A DNA stretch of 64,000 nt from an uncultured delta proteobacterium (GCA_963745035.1 CAVUVW010000013.1:32001-96000); one strand, 5' to 3'. Shown: positions 1-11,874, counted from the first letter of the stretch. Numbers and translations are program-made. The notes: generated by a model from the letters alone, not told the origin.

Positions 1-2
1 GT

Positions 3-59
3 TATTCGATTTACGTCAGAGATTTCGAAGGGAATCGAGTCGAGCTGCGATACTATTAA
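3..59 (+). CDS. C-terminal end of a VOC/glyoxalase family protein (5' truncated by window edge)
   Basis: Frame 3 reads YSIYVRDFEGNRVELRYY*, matching the VOC C-terminal pattern (Y-x-x-D-P-D/E-G-N-x-x-E-L). Confidence 0.65.
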   Translation, partial: YSIYVRDFEGNRVELRYY

Positions 60-561
60 ATTGACATTTTACGTCGCCAGATCGCTAGAAAGAGGTAGCC
101 CAAGATTAATTATGTTTAGCTGCGCGTCAGCGCTAAATGTCAGATAAAGGGGTCGTGGCGTCAACATAGCGGCAAGCCCATAAAAGCCAATCCGCGAAGT
201 TATTTTTTTTGTCTTCGTTTTCTGCGGTGCAAGGTACCCATTCCGTCTGGCTCCCCCAAGTTCAGTCAAGCCAAGCTAAAGATCGTGATCGTTGAGGATG
301 GACTTTAAGATGTCTCCTTTTTTCCTTTAGATGTATTGAAACGTAAGATCTCTTCACGGATGCCAACGAGAAACAACCAGGAGATTTAGCTGCGATGGAG
401 GTAAATGGTTTGCTCAGATATAGCCGTAGGCATAGGCTGTTGAAACATATCACCTAGGGATCTGGACGATATTTCTCGTAGATTCCCGCTTTCTTCGGAA
501 TCCAGATCTCCGAAACCACTGCACTCCGTGCCGGCGAACCATCCGAATCTCCGCATCGCCA

Positions 562-1406
562 TTACGTCGAATGGAGCGAATAGTCGATCGCCAGCCGTTC
601 GGCGCCATAATATTCCTTGAGAAATTCGTGCTGACTTTCGTAGCGGCGCTTGGGTACCACGCGGCCCTGAAAAGAGACGACTAACGGATCGACATCGAAT
701 GGATAAGGCGTGACGACGGCGCGGCTTTCATCCTCGATGGTGAAAGTCAGAATCGCGTCCGCTTTTCCCGGCCGGGTCGGCATAGGCATATTGCTCATGG
801 TATTGCTCGGACCATTCTTGCGCTGCGGTGCTGTTGAACGGATAGCGATTGCAGACGAACTGCGCCATCTGATCGTAGACTTCCATCAATTTGAAATTCG
901 TCCAGAATTGTTCGTCGGAAACGTGACCGCGATATTCCTCGGAGCTTCTGCAATTGCCTGAGCAGTTCGCGCGATAGCTCTCCTGCTCGGCGAGAAATTC
1001 TTTGACCTCGGGATAAACGGTAAAGTCCGGCATATACGGGAGCAGACCCGCGCCCCTGGGTCAGCAAACCGTCGGCGTGCAGAGAAACGATATAGCCCGC
1101 GTAGGGATCCTGCTCGGCTAGACGATCGATGCCGTGGCGGTAGAAATCCAGCCACACTTTGCCGCCAAGATGCTTGATGCTGCCAATATAATCCGGCGGC
1201 AAACCTTCGCTGTTGAGCTGCGGCTTGATCTCCCAGTCCCACCAGCCGGTGTCGTGCTCCTGCGCGGCCAAGACCATGGCCGCGTAAGGCGAAGGGCGCG
1301 CAAAAGAGTCGTTGCCCCAATGGGCAGCGAACCAGCCGGCGACCTTCGAATGATCGACTTGTAAGATCAGCAGCAGTCGTTCGTCGTCATAGGGACAGAC
1401 CATCAT
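562..1406 (-). CDS. DUF3891 family protein, copy 1 (frameshifted, ORFs 795..1430, 728..1033, 562..798)
   Basis: LQVDHSKVAGWFAAHWGN...AAQEHDTGWWDWE motif. Aligns along its length with copy 2 at 6259..7104. GAGGA RBS upstream of the ATG at 1406. Confidence 0.8.
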
Positions 1407-1449
1407 AAACTTATATCCTCCGCTATCCATTTCGAATCAATGACGCCGT

Positions 1450-2423
1450 CTACATTCCATGCAATTTCCGTCGTACCGTCCCGCCAAAAATATCATCAAG
1501 CTCAGACGCCGACCATCCGGTATTTTTTAATGCGGCGACAGTATCCTTCTCGGCGTTCGCCACATGCGGCACATCCGTGCCGAAAACCAATCGTGTCGAC
1601 GCCCCACGTCGCGCGCGCGCACGCCAACGCCGGACCATGAGTACACGCGGTGTCGAAGTAACAGCGGCGTAAATAATAACTGGGCGGGTGCGGGCAATTC
1701 GAAAAACGTTGGTAGCCGCGATCGATGCGGTCCAAGATCATCGCCAAACTCCCGCCGAGGTGCGACCAAACGATTTTCACGTCAGGGCACTCTTCGAGAG
1801 TCCCGGAGAGAGCGAGCTTGGTCGCCGCCATCGCCGTTTCGCCCGGATATCCAACGGAAAGAAAAGTTCCCGGATCGTTTTGCGGCGCGTCGCAGGGATA
1901 GGTCGGATGCACCAGCACCATCAACTTGCGGCGGCTCATCTCTTGCCAAAAGTGTCGGAGCTCGGGCGCTTGCAATTGGAAATCGCCGACATTGGTCGCG
2001 ATGCCGACGCCGCGCGCGCCCATACCAAGAGCGCGATCCAACTCGTTGCACCATCTCGTTAGCGCTTCGTGCACGGCAGGACGGCGACGAAGCGAAAACG
2101 ACTTGGATATTGCCGGCAAACCGCGGCAAGCCCGTCGTTGACAAAACGCGCCGCCGCGGCATCGCCGGAGCCGGCCCAACCAACATTCAGCGCGCCGACA
2201 GAAAGTATCGCCATACCGATGCCGGCTTCATCCATCGAAGCTAATCGTTAGGCAAATCGTCCTGCTCCGGCGGCATCGACATGACGTGGCTGCCGCGGTA
2301 GAGGAGCGACTGCCCGCGCGGGTTGTCGATGAGCTTGAAGTCCGTCCGGCTCTTGATCACTTCGGTGAAGCAGCCCGCGGGATAGACATGGGCATGAACA
2401 TCGATAATTTGCGAATCCGTCAT
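1450..2423 (-). CDS. Amidohydrolase_2 family protein (ACMSD/non-oxidative decarboxylase-like), frameshifted
   Basis: IIDVHAH (HxH), LVHPT, WSHLGG and FGTDVPH motifs distributed across ORFs 2241..2423, 1502..2179 and 1450..1638. Confidence 0.85.
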
Positions 2424-2444
2424 CGGTAGAATTTACTCCTAAAA

Positions 2445-4763
2445 TCAATTAGCTTCGCCTCGCTGCTCTTTTACCAACTGCAGAACATAGTCCGGTCTTG
2501 AGCGGCAATTTTTCACTTCGACACCCAAGGCATTCGACACGGCATTTGCCAACGCCGCGCCCGCCGCGGTGATGCCGCCTTCGCCCGCTCCTTTGACCCC
2601 GAGCGGATTGTGCGGACTGGGAAAATCTTCGGTCGAGATCAACTGCGCTTTGGGCATCTCCATCGCCGTCGGCAGCAGATAATCCATGAAGTTCGTCGCC
2701 AGCGGTTGGCCGTCTTCGTCGTAAACGAATTCTTCCAACATCGCGCCGCCGATTCCTTGAGCCAGACCGCCGGCCATTTGTCCTTCGATAATCATGGGAT
2801 TGATCTTGCGGCCGACGTCTTCGGTCACCAGATAGTCCAGGATCTTGATCTTGCCGGTTTCTGGTATCGACTTCCACCGCCGCGACATGCACGCCGTAAG
2901 GAAATGGCCGCTTATCGGTGGCGAAAAAATCTTCCTCGGAAATGCCCGGCGTCATGCCGCTTTTAAGCGCCGGACCGGGCAGCGCCAAGCGCGCGAGATC
3001 GGTAAAGCTGAGAGACCGCTCCGGCGCGCCGCGGGCAGACGACGCGACCGTCGCTAAGGATCAGGTCGGCGGCATCAATTTCCAAACTAGCCGATGCCAG
3101 ACCGCAGGAGCTTGTCTTTGACTTTGCGCGACGCGCCGACGGCGGCGCTGCCCGCCATCACCGTCGAACGGCTGGCGTTGCTGCCGTTGCCGTAAGGAAC
3201 CTTCGCCGTGTCGCCGTGCACGACGCGCACATTCATCGATGGAAACTTGCAGCTCATCGGCAACGATCTGGCTCAGCGCCGTCGCGATGCCTTGGCCGAC
3301 CGAGTTGCAGCCGGAATAAAGAACGACCTTGCCGGCATTGTCGATCTTCGACCCGGGCATACTCCCATGGCCCGATGCCGCTGGTTTCGACGAAGCAGCC
3401 GATGCCGACGCCGACGGCGCGGCCTTCGTGCTTTGCGGCGGCGCAGGTGGTCTTGAGACTTTTCATAGCCGAAGCGCTCCAAGCGCGCGCTCGAACTGGC
3501 CCGGCAAATCGCCGGTGTCATAAACCATATAGTGAAAAGGATGCTTGCCCAGATCATAGGGCATTTCTTCATGGCGAATCAGATTGCGCCGTCGCACGTC
3601 AGCGGGATCGAGCTTCAAACGATGCGCGATCATATCCATTAGCCGTTCGCGGACGAAATTCGCTTCGTAGCGTCCCGGGCTGCGGTAGGTGCCGACCGGT
3701 GTCTTGTTGGTCAGAACGCAAAAAACGTTGCAGCGATAATTTTTTACCCGAAACGGGCCGCGCAGCATGGCCGATGCGGCGATGGCGGGGACGCCGCCGT
3801 GGGTGCGCGTGTAGCCGCCCATGTCGAAGAGAATCTCGGCGTCCATCGCCATGATCGTGCCGTCTTTCTTCACGCCGATTTTGACTCGGTGATTTTGCTG
3901 GCGCGACTGATTCATCGCCTTGAGGTTTTCCGAGCGGTCTTCGATCCAGCAAATCGGTTTGCGAAAATGCATCGCGGCAAAGGGAATCAGAAAATCTTCG
4001 GGATAGAATTCGCCGCGCGCGCCAAAGCCGCCGCCGACTTCCGGCTCGATGAAATGGATGCAGCTCTGCGGCAGACCGATGAGCTCGGAGAGAATGCGCC
4101 AATTGGTATGGGTCATCTTGGTCGGTCCCCACATGGTCAAAAGACCGCGCCCCTCGTCCCACTCGGCGACCAAGCCGCGATTCTCCAGCGGCACGGCGGA
4201 ATGGCGTTGGGTCGAGAATTCCTCCTCGAACGATCAGGTCGCATCGCCGCCAAAGCGCCATCGACGTCGCCGACATTGACTTGAAAGTTGGCCGCGATGT
4301 TGTTTGGCGTCGCGTCATGGAGCTGCGGCGCTCCGGGCTGCATGCTCTGCGCGCGCGTCGGTGACGGCGCCCAGCGCGCGTATTCAACGTCGATCAATTC
4401 GAGGGCGTCCTCGGCGATGTAACGGTTCTCCGCGACGACCACGGCGACCGGGATCGCCGACGTAGCGCACTTTGTTCGTCGCAATCGGCGTTTGTTGCGA
4501 GCGCTCCAGCCCGGGAATAACGCCGGTGCGCATGGGAATAGTTTTCACTCCCGGCATATCGGCGCGGTGAGCACGCCGATGACTCCGGGGATGTCGAGCG
4601 CGGCGGCTGCGTCTATCTTGACGATCCGCGCGTGAGCATGAGTGCTGCGCAAGATCGCTGCATGCACCATGCCGGGGCGATGAATATCGCCGACATATTT
4701 GCCGATGCCGCGGAGAAGCCTCAGGTCTTCTTTGCGTTTAACTCTTGAGCCGATGTACGGCAT
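2445..4763 (-). CDS. Xanthine dehydrogenase/CoxL-family molybdopterin-binding large subunit, frameshifted
   Basis: IGSRVKRKEDLRLLRG N-terminus, VGGGFGAR, GTYRSPGR loop, GQGIAT, IEGQMAGGLAQGIGG and KGAGEGG. Confidence 0.9.
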
Positions 4764-4770
4764 AAAAATC

Positions 4771-4805
4771 AGTCTCGAGTTTCGGGTCTGGAGTCTCGGG
4801 TTTGC
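4771..4805. repeat. Short degenerate heptamer tandem repeat
   Basis: agtctcg agtttcg ggtctgg agtctcg ggtttgc, lying between the Fe-S and large-subunit genes. Confidence 0.6.
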
Positions 4806-4835
4806 GGTGAATATGTCGACCTTGCTCTTGGATCA

Positions 4836-5363
4836 TCAGTTTTGTGCCGTGCCGGATATTGCAGACCGTGAGCGCGTTAGACAGCTTTTTGCGTTCATGG
4901 TTTTCGCCGCTTCCTGGATCGCCGCGACGATATTTTGATAACCCGTGCAGCGGCATAAATTGCCGCTGATCCATTCGCGGATTTCCTCCTCGCTCGGATC
5001 GGGAATTTCTCTCAAGAGCGCCTCCGCCGTCAGCAGGATCCCCGGCGTGCAAAAACCGCACTGCAGGCCATGCAGCTCCCAAAATTTTTCTTGCAGCGGA
5101 TGAAGCTCGGTTGCGCTCGGCGCCAATCCTTCGATGGTTTTCAACTCGCGCCATTGGCTTGCACGGCGAACAGCAGACATGAGCGCACCGGCTCGCCGTT
5201 GAACAGAATCGTGCAGGCGCCGCACACGCCGTGCTCGCAGCCCACGTGGGTGCCGGTGAGCCCCAGATCGTCGCGCAGGAAATCGGTGAAAAGCTTGCGC
5301 GGCTCCACGTCACCGCGTGTACTCGCGGCCGTTGATCGTCAAGCGCACCTGTCGATCCTTCAT
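4836..5363 (-). CDS. (2Fe-2S)-binding small subunit (CoxS/CutS-like), frameshifted
   Basis: [10 protein letters not shown] can be reconstructed from the DNA; QCGFCTPG and GNLCRCTGY are in ORF 4836..5225. Confidence 0.9.
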
Positions 5364-6240
5364 CGCGAAGGGCCTCGTACCGATACGGCCGCGCGGTCTG
5401 CCGCCTGGACAAGAGCGCGGCGTGCCAACGCTTCACAGGCGCTGCGCCGGTACTCGGCGCTCGCATGGATGTCCGCATCTTGCTCCATGTTTTCGGTCGC
5501 CCGCCGCGCTGCCTCCATGAAAGCGGCGCTGATGGCTTCTCTCCCATCAGAAATTCCTCTGATGCGACGGGCAGGAAGCGGCTTCGCTCCCGTGAGAGTG
5601 AGCCGCGCATGGCGGATCTTCCCTTCGGCATCCAAAGCGATGACTGCTGCCGCCCCTGCCAACGCAAAATCGCCGTGACGGCGGCTCACTTCCTGATAGG
5701 ACCAGCCGGTATGCGCCGGCAGCCGGCACGATGATCTCGGTCAGCAACTCTTCCGGCTCCAGTGCCGTGGTCATATAGGAGACAAAAAATTCCTCGGCGC
5801 GAACCCTCCGCCGTTCGTCTCGGGAAGCCAGCACCATCGATGCATCGAGGCTCACCATCGCGACTGGCAGCTCGGCGGAAGGAAAAGCATGAGCCAAGCT
5901 GCCGCCGATCGTACCCCGGTTGCGGATCTGGATGTGGCCGATGAAACCCGCCGCCTCGCGGAGCAGCGGCCAACCTTCTGCGACCTCCGGCGACCGCTCA
6001 AGCTGCCGTTGCCGCATGGTCGCGCCGATGCGCAACACGCCATCTTGTACTCTGAGATAATCCAGTTCACCGATGCGGTTTAAATCGATCGAGATGAGCG
6101 GGCCGGAGCAGGCGAAAATTCATCAGCGGCACCAGGCTCTGGCCGCGGCGAGCGGCGGGCCCGTCGCCGAACTGCGACATCAGATTCAGCGCTTCATCGA
6201 GGCTGGTAGGATCATGGTAAGCAAAAGCCGCCGGTTTCAT
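5360..6240 (-). CDS. FAD-binding medium subunit (CoxM/CutM-like), frameshifted
   Basis: MKPAAFAYHDPTSLDEA start, IRNRGTIGGSLAHA and SRRHGDFALAG. Confidence 0.9.
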
Positions 6241-6258
6241 CTCGCCGCGTCCGCGCCA

Positions 6259-7104
6259 TCACGCCGAGGCGAGGGTATGCTCAATCGTGATCTTTTCCGC
6301 GCGGTAAAATTCGTCGAGAAACTCCTCGCCGTCCTTATAAACCCGATTGGGCACCAGCCGCGCGCTGAATGAAACCGGCAGCGGATCGATGTCAAAGGGA
6401 TACGGGCGCAGCACAGCCTTGTTCGGGCCGACGGTGTCGACCTCAATTTTCACCGCCGGTTTGCCGTGTCGAGTCGGCACGTCGACGTCATTCAGCGTGT
6501 TGCTCGGACCGAGCTTGCGCGCTTTGCTGTTGAGCGGATAGCGATTGCAAACGAACTGAGCGAGCTGATCGAAGACTTCCATGTATTCATAGTTCGTCCA
6601 GATCTGCTCCTCGGAACAGTGGCTTTTGAACTCGGCGGATTGGCGCAATTGGGCGAGTAGTCCAAGGCGCAGGTCTTCCTGATGATCGACGTAAGCTTTG
6701 ACCCGCGGGTCCGACGTGCGGTCCGGCGGATAGGCGTACTTGCCGTAGCCGGCGTTCATCAGCGCGACGCCGTGCATGGCCATGAGCATCGCCGCGTAGG
6801 GATCGCGCGTCAGCACTCGGTCCACCGAATTCTTGTAAAAATCCAGGCGAAGCTGGCCAAGATATTTTAGGCTGCCATCGTGGTAATCGAGCGGATAGCC
6901 CTTGTCGTTCAAGTTCGACGGCTACATTTCCCACTCCCACCAGCCGCTATCGTGCTCGTGGGCGGCCAACACCACCGATGAATACGGCTGCGGCCTATCG
7001 AACGCTTGATTCCCCCAGTGCGCGGCAAAGTGGCCGGCTACCCGCGAGTGGTCGATCTGCAACGCCAAGATGATCCGCGTATCGTCGTAAGGATAGGCCA
7101 TCAT
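6259..7104 (-). CDS. DUF3891 family protein, copy 2 (in-frame TAG at 6922-6924)
   Basis: LQIDHSRVAGHFAAHWGN...AAHEHDSGWWEWE. ORFs 6922..7104 and 6259..6912 are in the same frame, separated by one TAG where copy 1 has Lys. Confidence 0.8.
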
Positions 7105-7171
7105 TTTCTTTTACCTCATACGCCTTCGTAGGCAGGTCCGAGTCTTTTTGCATTCACAGACAAAGAACCGT

Positions 7172-7672
7172 TCAAAACAAAGTTCCGCCGCCGAGAATGA
7201 TCGCCACCGGCGCCTGGATGGAATTCATCGACTTCACGGCACCGGCGATGGCAGTCCGAATATCCTCCGCACGACTGACAAATTCGTAGCTGATACGCAT
7301 CGCATCGAGCAGCGGCGCAGTGCCCCAGCCCACTGGGACGGAAAACCATCTTTGATCGTGAAAGCCGCCCCGGTGAGCGATCAAGAGCAGCATCGGCACT
7401 CCGAAGGGAATCGGGCCGCGCATCAATGCATAGGGAGTGACAGCGAAGCCGGTGTTTTCCATGATCATGACCGGCTTCTTGCCGCCCAGCCAAGCGCCCA
7501 TGCACACACCGACGCCGTCTCCCTCGTTGGCGACCTGGATGTATTCGACCTGCGACTGTTCACTCAAAGGCTCATAGAGTTTTTTGAAGGCGGAATCCGG
7601 CAGGCATGCGGCAAAATTGATTCCCGAACCGATCAGCGAATCGAGCGTAAGTTTGGCCGCCTCAGGTTTCAT
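7172..7672 (-). CDS. ThDP-dependent decarboxylase alpha (PYR) subunit, sulfopyruvate decarboxylase ComD-like
   Basis: CLPDS, VANEGDGVGVCMGAWLGG (catalytic Glu), MENTG; 166 aa. Confidence 0.85.
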   Translation of the reverse strand: MKPEAAKLTLDSLIGSGINFAACLPDSAFKKLYEPLSEQSQVEYIQVANEGDGVGVCMGAWLGGKKPVMIMENTGFAVTPYALMRGPIPFGVPMLLLIAHRGGFHDQRWFSVPVGWGTAPLLDAMRISYEFVSRAEDIRTAIAGAVKSMNSIQAPVAIILGGGTLF

Positions 7673-7681
7673 TGCGTTTCC

Positions 7682-8293
7682 TCATATCGCACCTTCTAGA
7701 ATTTTGATGCCCTCTGTTTCCTCGATGAGGCGCACGAAACGAAACTTGTTTTCTTGGCCGCTGAAGTTCGGCCCGGCGCCGCGCTCATAACCCGGCTCGA
7801 CCTTGCACACGATCTCCGCAGGGCCGCCCTGAGAAATAAACTTCGAAAACTCGCCGGCGAACGCGTCAACGCTCTCCACGGTAGCGCAAGCCGCGAGCCC
7901 GGCTCCCTTCGCTAGAACGGACAGCTCCGTTCCGTGGGCGGTCTGGCTCGCCGGCCCGCCGCGGCTGCCATAGAGATGCTCGTTGTCGAACACGACGATG
8001 CAAAGATTCTTCGGCTTGTACGTGCCCACCACCGCAAGAATGCTCGGCGACAAGAGCTGGCTGCCGTCGGTATCGAGAGCGATGATTCGTCGATGAGGCA
8101 AGGCCCTGGCCAACCCGAAAGAGACCGGCGTGACCATGCCCATGCCGACCAGGTACAAGTTCATCGGACGATGCATGGTGTGGAAGCATTCATTGGTCGT
8201 TCCGGCGAGCGCCGCGACAACGATGTCCTTCTCCTCGAGAAAGCCGGAAAGCCGCAGCAGGATTTCTTTTCGCGTCACCTTAGCTCGCGCCAT
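7682..8293 (-). CDS. ThDP-dependent decarboxylase beta (PP) subunit, ComE-like
   Basis: GMGM...FGLA and DTDGS-x(24)-DN, a variant of the GDG...N ThDP/Mg motif. Confidence 0.85.
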   Translation of the reverse strand: MARAKVTRKEILLRLSGFLEEKDIVVAALAGTTNECFHTMHRPMNLYLVGMGMVTPVSFGLARALPHRRIIALDTDGSQLLSPSILAVVGTYKPKNLCIVVFDNEHLYGSRGGPASQTAHGTELSVLAKGAGLAACATVESVDAFAGEFSKFISQGGPAEIVCKVEPGYERGAGPNFSGQENKFRFVRLIEETEGIKILEGAI

Positions 8294-8413
8294 TGTTGAC
8301 TCCCGTCTGTTCCATTAGGATCACCCATTACGATTTAGGTTGAAGCCGGTGGCTTCGTCAACAGGTCGTCATCCTTACAATCGCAAACTGATTAACAACC
8401 GATATTCCTCGGC

Positions 8414-9354
8414 TTAGTTGACTTCCCGCGCGATGGAAAAATCGACGAGCTTATCGAAGTTGACCGGCTTGCCCTCGAATTGACTGCCGAGAAGCGAGTT
8501 CTCCAACGCCTTTTTGGAAGCGATACCATTCCTCGTCGCATGCTTGACCACAAGCTCATAAATGTGTTCCACCGCGCTGGCCTCGATACCGCGCAGGTTT
8601 TTCTGGATGATCGCTTTGGTCTCGACGGGATAGCGCGCCATGTAGTCCAATGATCTCCCGACCGCTCGCACGACCTGTTCGCCTCTTCGCGGTCGGTTTG
8701 AAGTTTCTTCTGGCTCATCCCCAAACCGGCAAAAAGTGTTTCCATGTAATCGCCCAGCGGCAAAATGGTTTCTGGCCGAGCTTGTGGGCGATCAAGTTGG
8801 ATGGCACTTGCAGCACTGCCGCCGCAACGATTTTCGCTTCGAGCGCCGAAATGCGCGCCGCGTCCGTGCCGCTGCCGATGGCCAACAACTTTACGTCCTT
8901 ATCGGGATCGATATTGTTCGCTTTGAGCGCGAACCGAACCGCGTATTCCGTAGACGCGCCGTAGCGGCTGATTCCGACAGGCTTGCCGCGCAAGTCGTTG
9001 AAAGATTTGATCTCCGGGCGGGCGACAAGATCGAAGAAGGTTCGATTGTAGACACCCAGGATCGTGACTAACGGCGCGCCCGCCACCGCGGCGCGTAAAA
9101 CGCTCGAAGAGCTTTGCATGTAGTCGACGTCGCCGGTGATCAGCCCTTTGACGGCGAGGTCTGAACGCATGACGACGTATTCGACCCGCAAACCGGCATC
9201 CTCGAAAAACTTTCGCTCGATGCCGACCCAAATCGGCGTATTGGTCAAAACCACCGAAGAGGTCGCGATCACGATATTCTTGCCATCGGCTCTGGCAACA
9301 AAAGCGACAATAGATAAATCGAAGCGAACGAAAAGTTTTTCCAAGCGTCTTCAT
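8414..9354 (-). CDS. NMT1/THI5/SsuA-like ABC substrate-binding protein, frameshifted
   Basis: IKSFNDLRGKPVGISRYGAST, IDPDKDVKLL and RISALEAKIVAA; N-terminal hydrophobic stretch. Confidence 0.85.
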
Positions 9355-9395
9355 GTCCCGAAACTCCCGTTGTCAGTTGCATTTCCGCGTTTTCC

Positions 9396-10082
9396 TCAGT
9401 GCTGTCCCTCCAACCAATTTACGATATCGGCGAGGATCGGCGCGCGGTCCACATTGTTCAGATGATGATTGCCGCCCTCCACAGATCGATGCTGCGCCAC
9501 GGATTGCAGCTTCTCGTATAGAAGCTTGCCGTGCCCGTGCGGCACTGAAGCGTCTGCGGTGCCTTGAACGATCAAGACCGGTTTTTTGAGTCCGCCCACG
9601 ATCTCCATCGCGTCGGCGGCGCGGAAATGTCTTTCCTGAAGCGGACCGAAGCGGGCTTCCAGGATCGCGCGCGCGTTGGCGTTGTCTTCGAGGATTCGCG
9701 TCAGGCTGCAGAACGGCGCGATCGAAACTGCTCCGGCGAAACAGTTGTATTGGGTTGCGGCAACCAGCGCCATGGTCCCGCCCGTGGATTGGCCCATGGC
9801 CCAGACTTTATTGACGATTTGCCGTCATCGCGGCGGCGCAGGCGGCCATGTCGACCGGCCATAGACTCAAATCCGCTGGCCGGTGGAGCTGCCGTAGCCG
9901 CGCTGTTCGAAACGCAGCACCGTGTAGCCGCGGCCGGCCAACATTGCAAGCAAGTCGTCATAGGGCGTGCCACCGCCCCAGCCATGGCAGAACACGATGC
10001 CTTCGTCGCGGCTCTTTGCCGGCGTCCACATGGCGCAGTGGAGCAGCGCGTCGCTGCTCTTGATGTAGAAGGATATCGGCAT
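9396..10082 (-). CDS. Alpha/beta hydrolase, frameshifted
   Basis: FCHGWGG oxyanion motif, RGYGSS, GQSTGG nucleophile elbow, QGTAD and GGNH triad residues. Confidence 0.88.
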
Positions 10083-10098
10083 AATCGCTCGACTCCCG

Positions 10099-10766
10099 TC
10101 AATTTTTCATGAACCGCTCGTAGAGACCGTTGGTACCGATGACTTTCAGCTGCAGGGATTTTTTCGCGGCGGCGGTCGCCTTTTGCTGCAACTCATCGGT
10201 GGTCGCATAATGTTTCAAGACGTAGGCGCCCAGATTGGCGTGATCGTCTTCCTCCTCGGCGTGCTCGCCGTAGAAGCGCAACAGCGAAGGGTAGGGATAA
10301 TATTTCTTCGTGGCTTCGTACATGCGATTGCCGGCGCGCGTGTTGGTGCGCTCGTTGCCGAAATTGTTCGCCGCCGCGATCTCGACGATATGGCCGCGTG
10401 AAAGCCAGTAGTAAAAATAGGGCGTGGTGAACTCGGGAATGAGCTCCATACGGCGCATCTCGTCCGGGTCTCGGCCGATCTCTTTGGCGAATTCGACAAA
10501 TACTCCGGATGAGGCGCTTCTTCGTGGGTGTAGGCTATGTATTTCAGCCCCAAGTCCGGATCGGGGCAGCGTTGAATCCAGGAGCATAAGATCGAGGGGA
10601 TATGTTTGAGATAGGCATACCATTGGCCCATGATCTGAAAAAGCTGCTCTTTGCTCAGTTTGCCGCTGCACCAAGCGTCATAATATGGAGACGCGATAAC
10701 CTCGCGCCGGAGCGGTTCGAGCTCGCGATCCAACCATTCGACAAATTCATCGCCGGACATTGCCAT
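10099..10766 (-). CDS. Heme-oxygenase-like diiron protein (PqqC/TenA/CADD-type), paralog A, frameshifted near 10500
   Basis: Apparently all-helical, ~222 aa, with EExxH (HEEAPH), NE and HxxxExxH (HAEEEDDH). About 75% identical to 12891..13577 by manual alignment. Confidence 0.8.
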
Positions 10767-10794
10767 AAGACTTCCTTTCTGTCTTCCCTGACTG

Positions 10795-11832
10795 TCATCT
10801 GATTTCTTCGGGGATGATGCGTCCATCGTCTACGATGGTTTTGCCATCGAGCTCGAATTTCGCGCGGCGTAGGATCAAATCTTCGTGCGCCATGGTCTTG
10901 TTCTTGCCGCCCAAGCGATAGTTCGCGCCAAAGGCGATCTGCACGTTGCCGTAGGTCGATCTGACCTCGCGGGCGCCCTCTTCAGTGCCGCGCTGGGCGA
11001 TCTCCGACCAACGCGCGCGGTGATCGGTGCCCCAGCCGATGTGAGAGATAATGTAGGCTTCAGGGTCCCGCGCTTGCTCCATGTGGTCTTGTAACAAGAC
11101 CGCGTCCACGCCGCCGTCGATGCGTTTGATCACGCCGTTGACGACTTCGATGCGCACCGGTTCGGTGACGTAACGGCCCAGCATGACCATCAAATCGCCG
11201 ACGTCGAGAACCAACATGCCGTTCGCAGATTCTTCTTCCGGCGCGCAATAAAGAAAGCCCGAGGGCCAACTGTCCCATCGGCCTTTCTCATCGCTGATGC
11301 CGAGCTGGGTTAGCGCCGGACGGCCGCGCTTGCGCATGGTCAGGTCTGAACCCGCTTTGGACGCAAGCCGTATTTCGGTCGCGCCGTCGAGCCATCTCGC
11401 GCCTTTTATTGTTCTTTGGCGCACGTCGTCCGTGGGAAAGCAGCGGCGCAGCTGATCCTCGTTCGCCTTGACCTGAAGGACCCTCGTGCCGCCGGCGAGG
11501 ACCGCGCCCAATCCTTCGCCATAGATGTAAAGCGTGCTGCCGGTGGACAGGTCGATGACAAAGTCGGCGCTCTTTAGCACCGTGAGTACCGGCGCAAGAT
11601 TGATGCTCTTGCCTTCCGCCTCGGGCAAGAACGGAACTTTAACTTCGAAGATGCTTCCGGCAAGCTCCTTACCGGCAGCCAAGAACGCGGCGACATAATT
11701 CGGATTGGTTCTCGTGTCGGTGAAGAGCACGACCGTTTCCTTCCGATCTACCTTGCATAGACGCAATTCGGCGAGCGCCATGCCGACCAGGTCGCCGCCG
11801 ATCTCACCGGAAATGGGAAAACGCACAGTCAT
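10795..11832 (-). CDS. nicX: 2,5-dihydroxypyridine 5,6-dioxygenase-like protein (NicX family, M29 aminopeptidase-like fold)
   Basis: GRWDSWPSGFL, ISHIGWG and AHEDLILR retain the His...His-x-Asp Fe ligands of NicX; 345 aa. Confidence 0.78.
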   Translation of the reverse strand: MTVRFPISGEIGGDLVGMALAELRLCKVDRKETVVLFTDTRTNPNYVAAFLAAGKELAGSIFEVKVPFLPEAEGKSINLAPVLTVLKSADFVIDLSTGSTLYIYGEGLGAVLAGGTRVLQVKANEDQLRRCFPTDDVRQRTIKGARWLDGATEIRLASKAGSDLTMRKRGRPALTQLGISDEKGRWDSWPSGFLYCAPEEESANGMLVLDVGDLMVMLGRYVTEPVRIEVVNGVIKRIDGGVDAVLLQDHMEQARDPEAYIISHIGWGTDHRARWSEIAQRGTEEGAREVRSTYGNVQIAFGANYRLGGKNKTMAHEDLILRRAKFELDGKTIVDDGRIIPEEIR

Positions 11833-11874
11833 AGACTTTCCTCCAAACTACAGATCCTCGCCCGTAGCGAGTGC

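Noticed and set aside
60-560. Short ORFs in the AT-rich left end (69..269, 262..453)
   Set aside because: No recognisable motifs, RBS or typical codon usage.
2445-6240. Aerobic CO dehydrogenase (coxMSL)
   Set aside because: The active-site loop is TYRSPGR, not AYxCSFR (form I) or AYxGAGR (form II), and no coxDEFG accessory genes are present.
6922-6924. In-frame TAG in DUF3891 copy 2 as pyrrolysine or stop-codon recoding
   Set aside because: The paralog has Lys here (AAG to TAG is one substitution), TAG ends many genes normally in this window, and no pyl genes are present.
7172-8293. Coenzyme M or phosphonate biosynthesis
   Set aside because: No comABC, cysteate synthase or PEP mutase in the window, so only the family is assigned.
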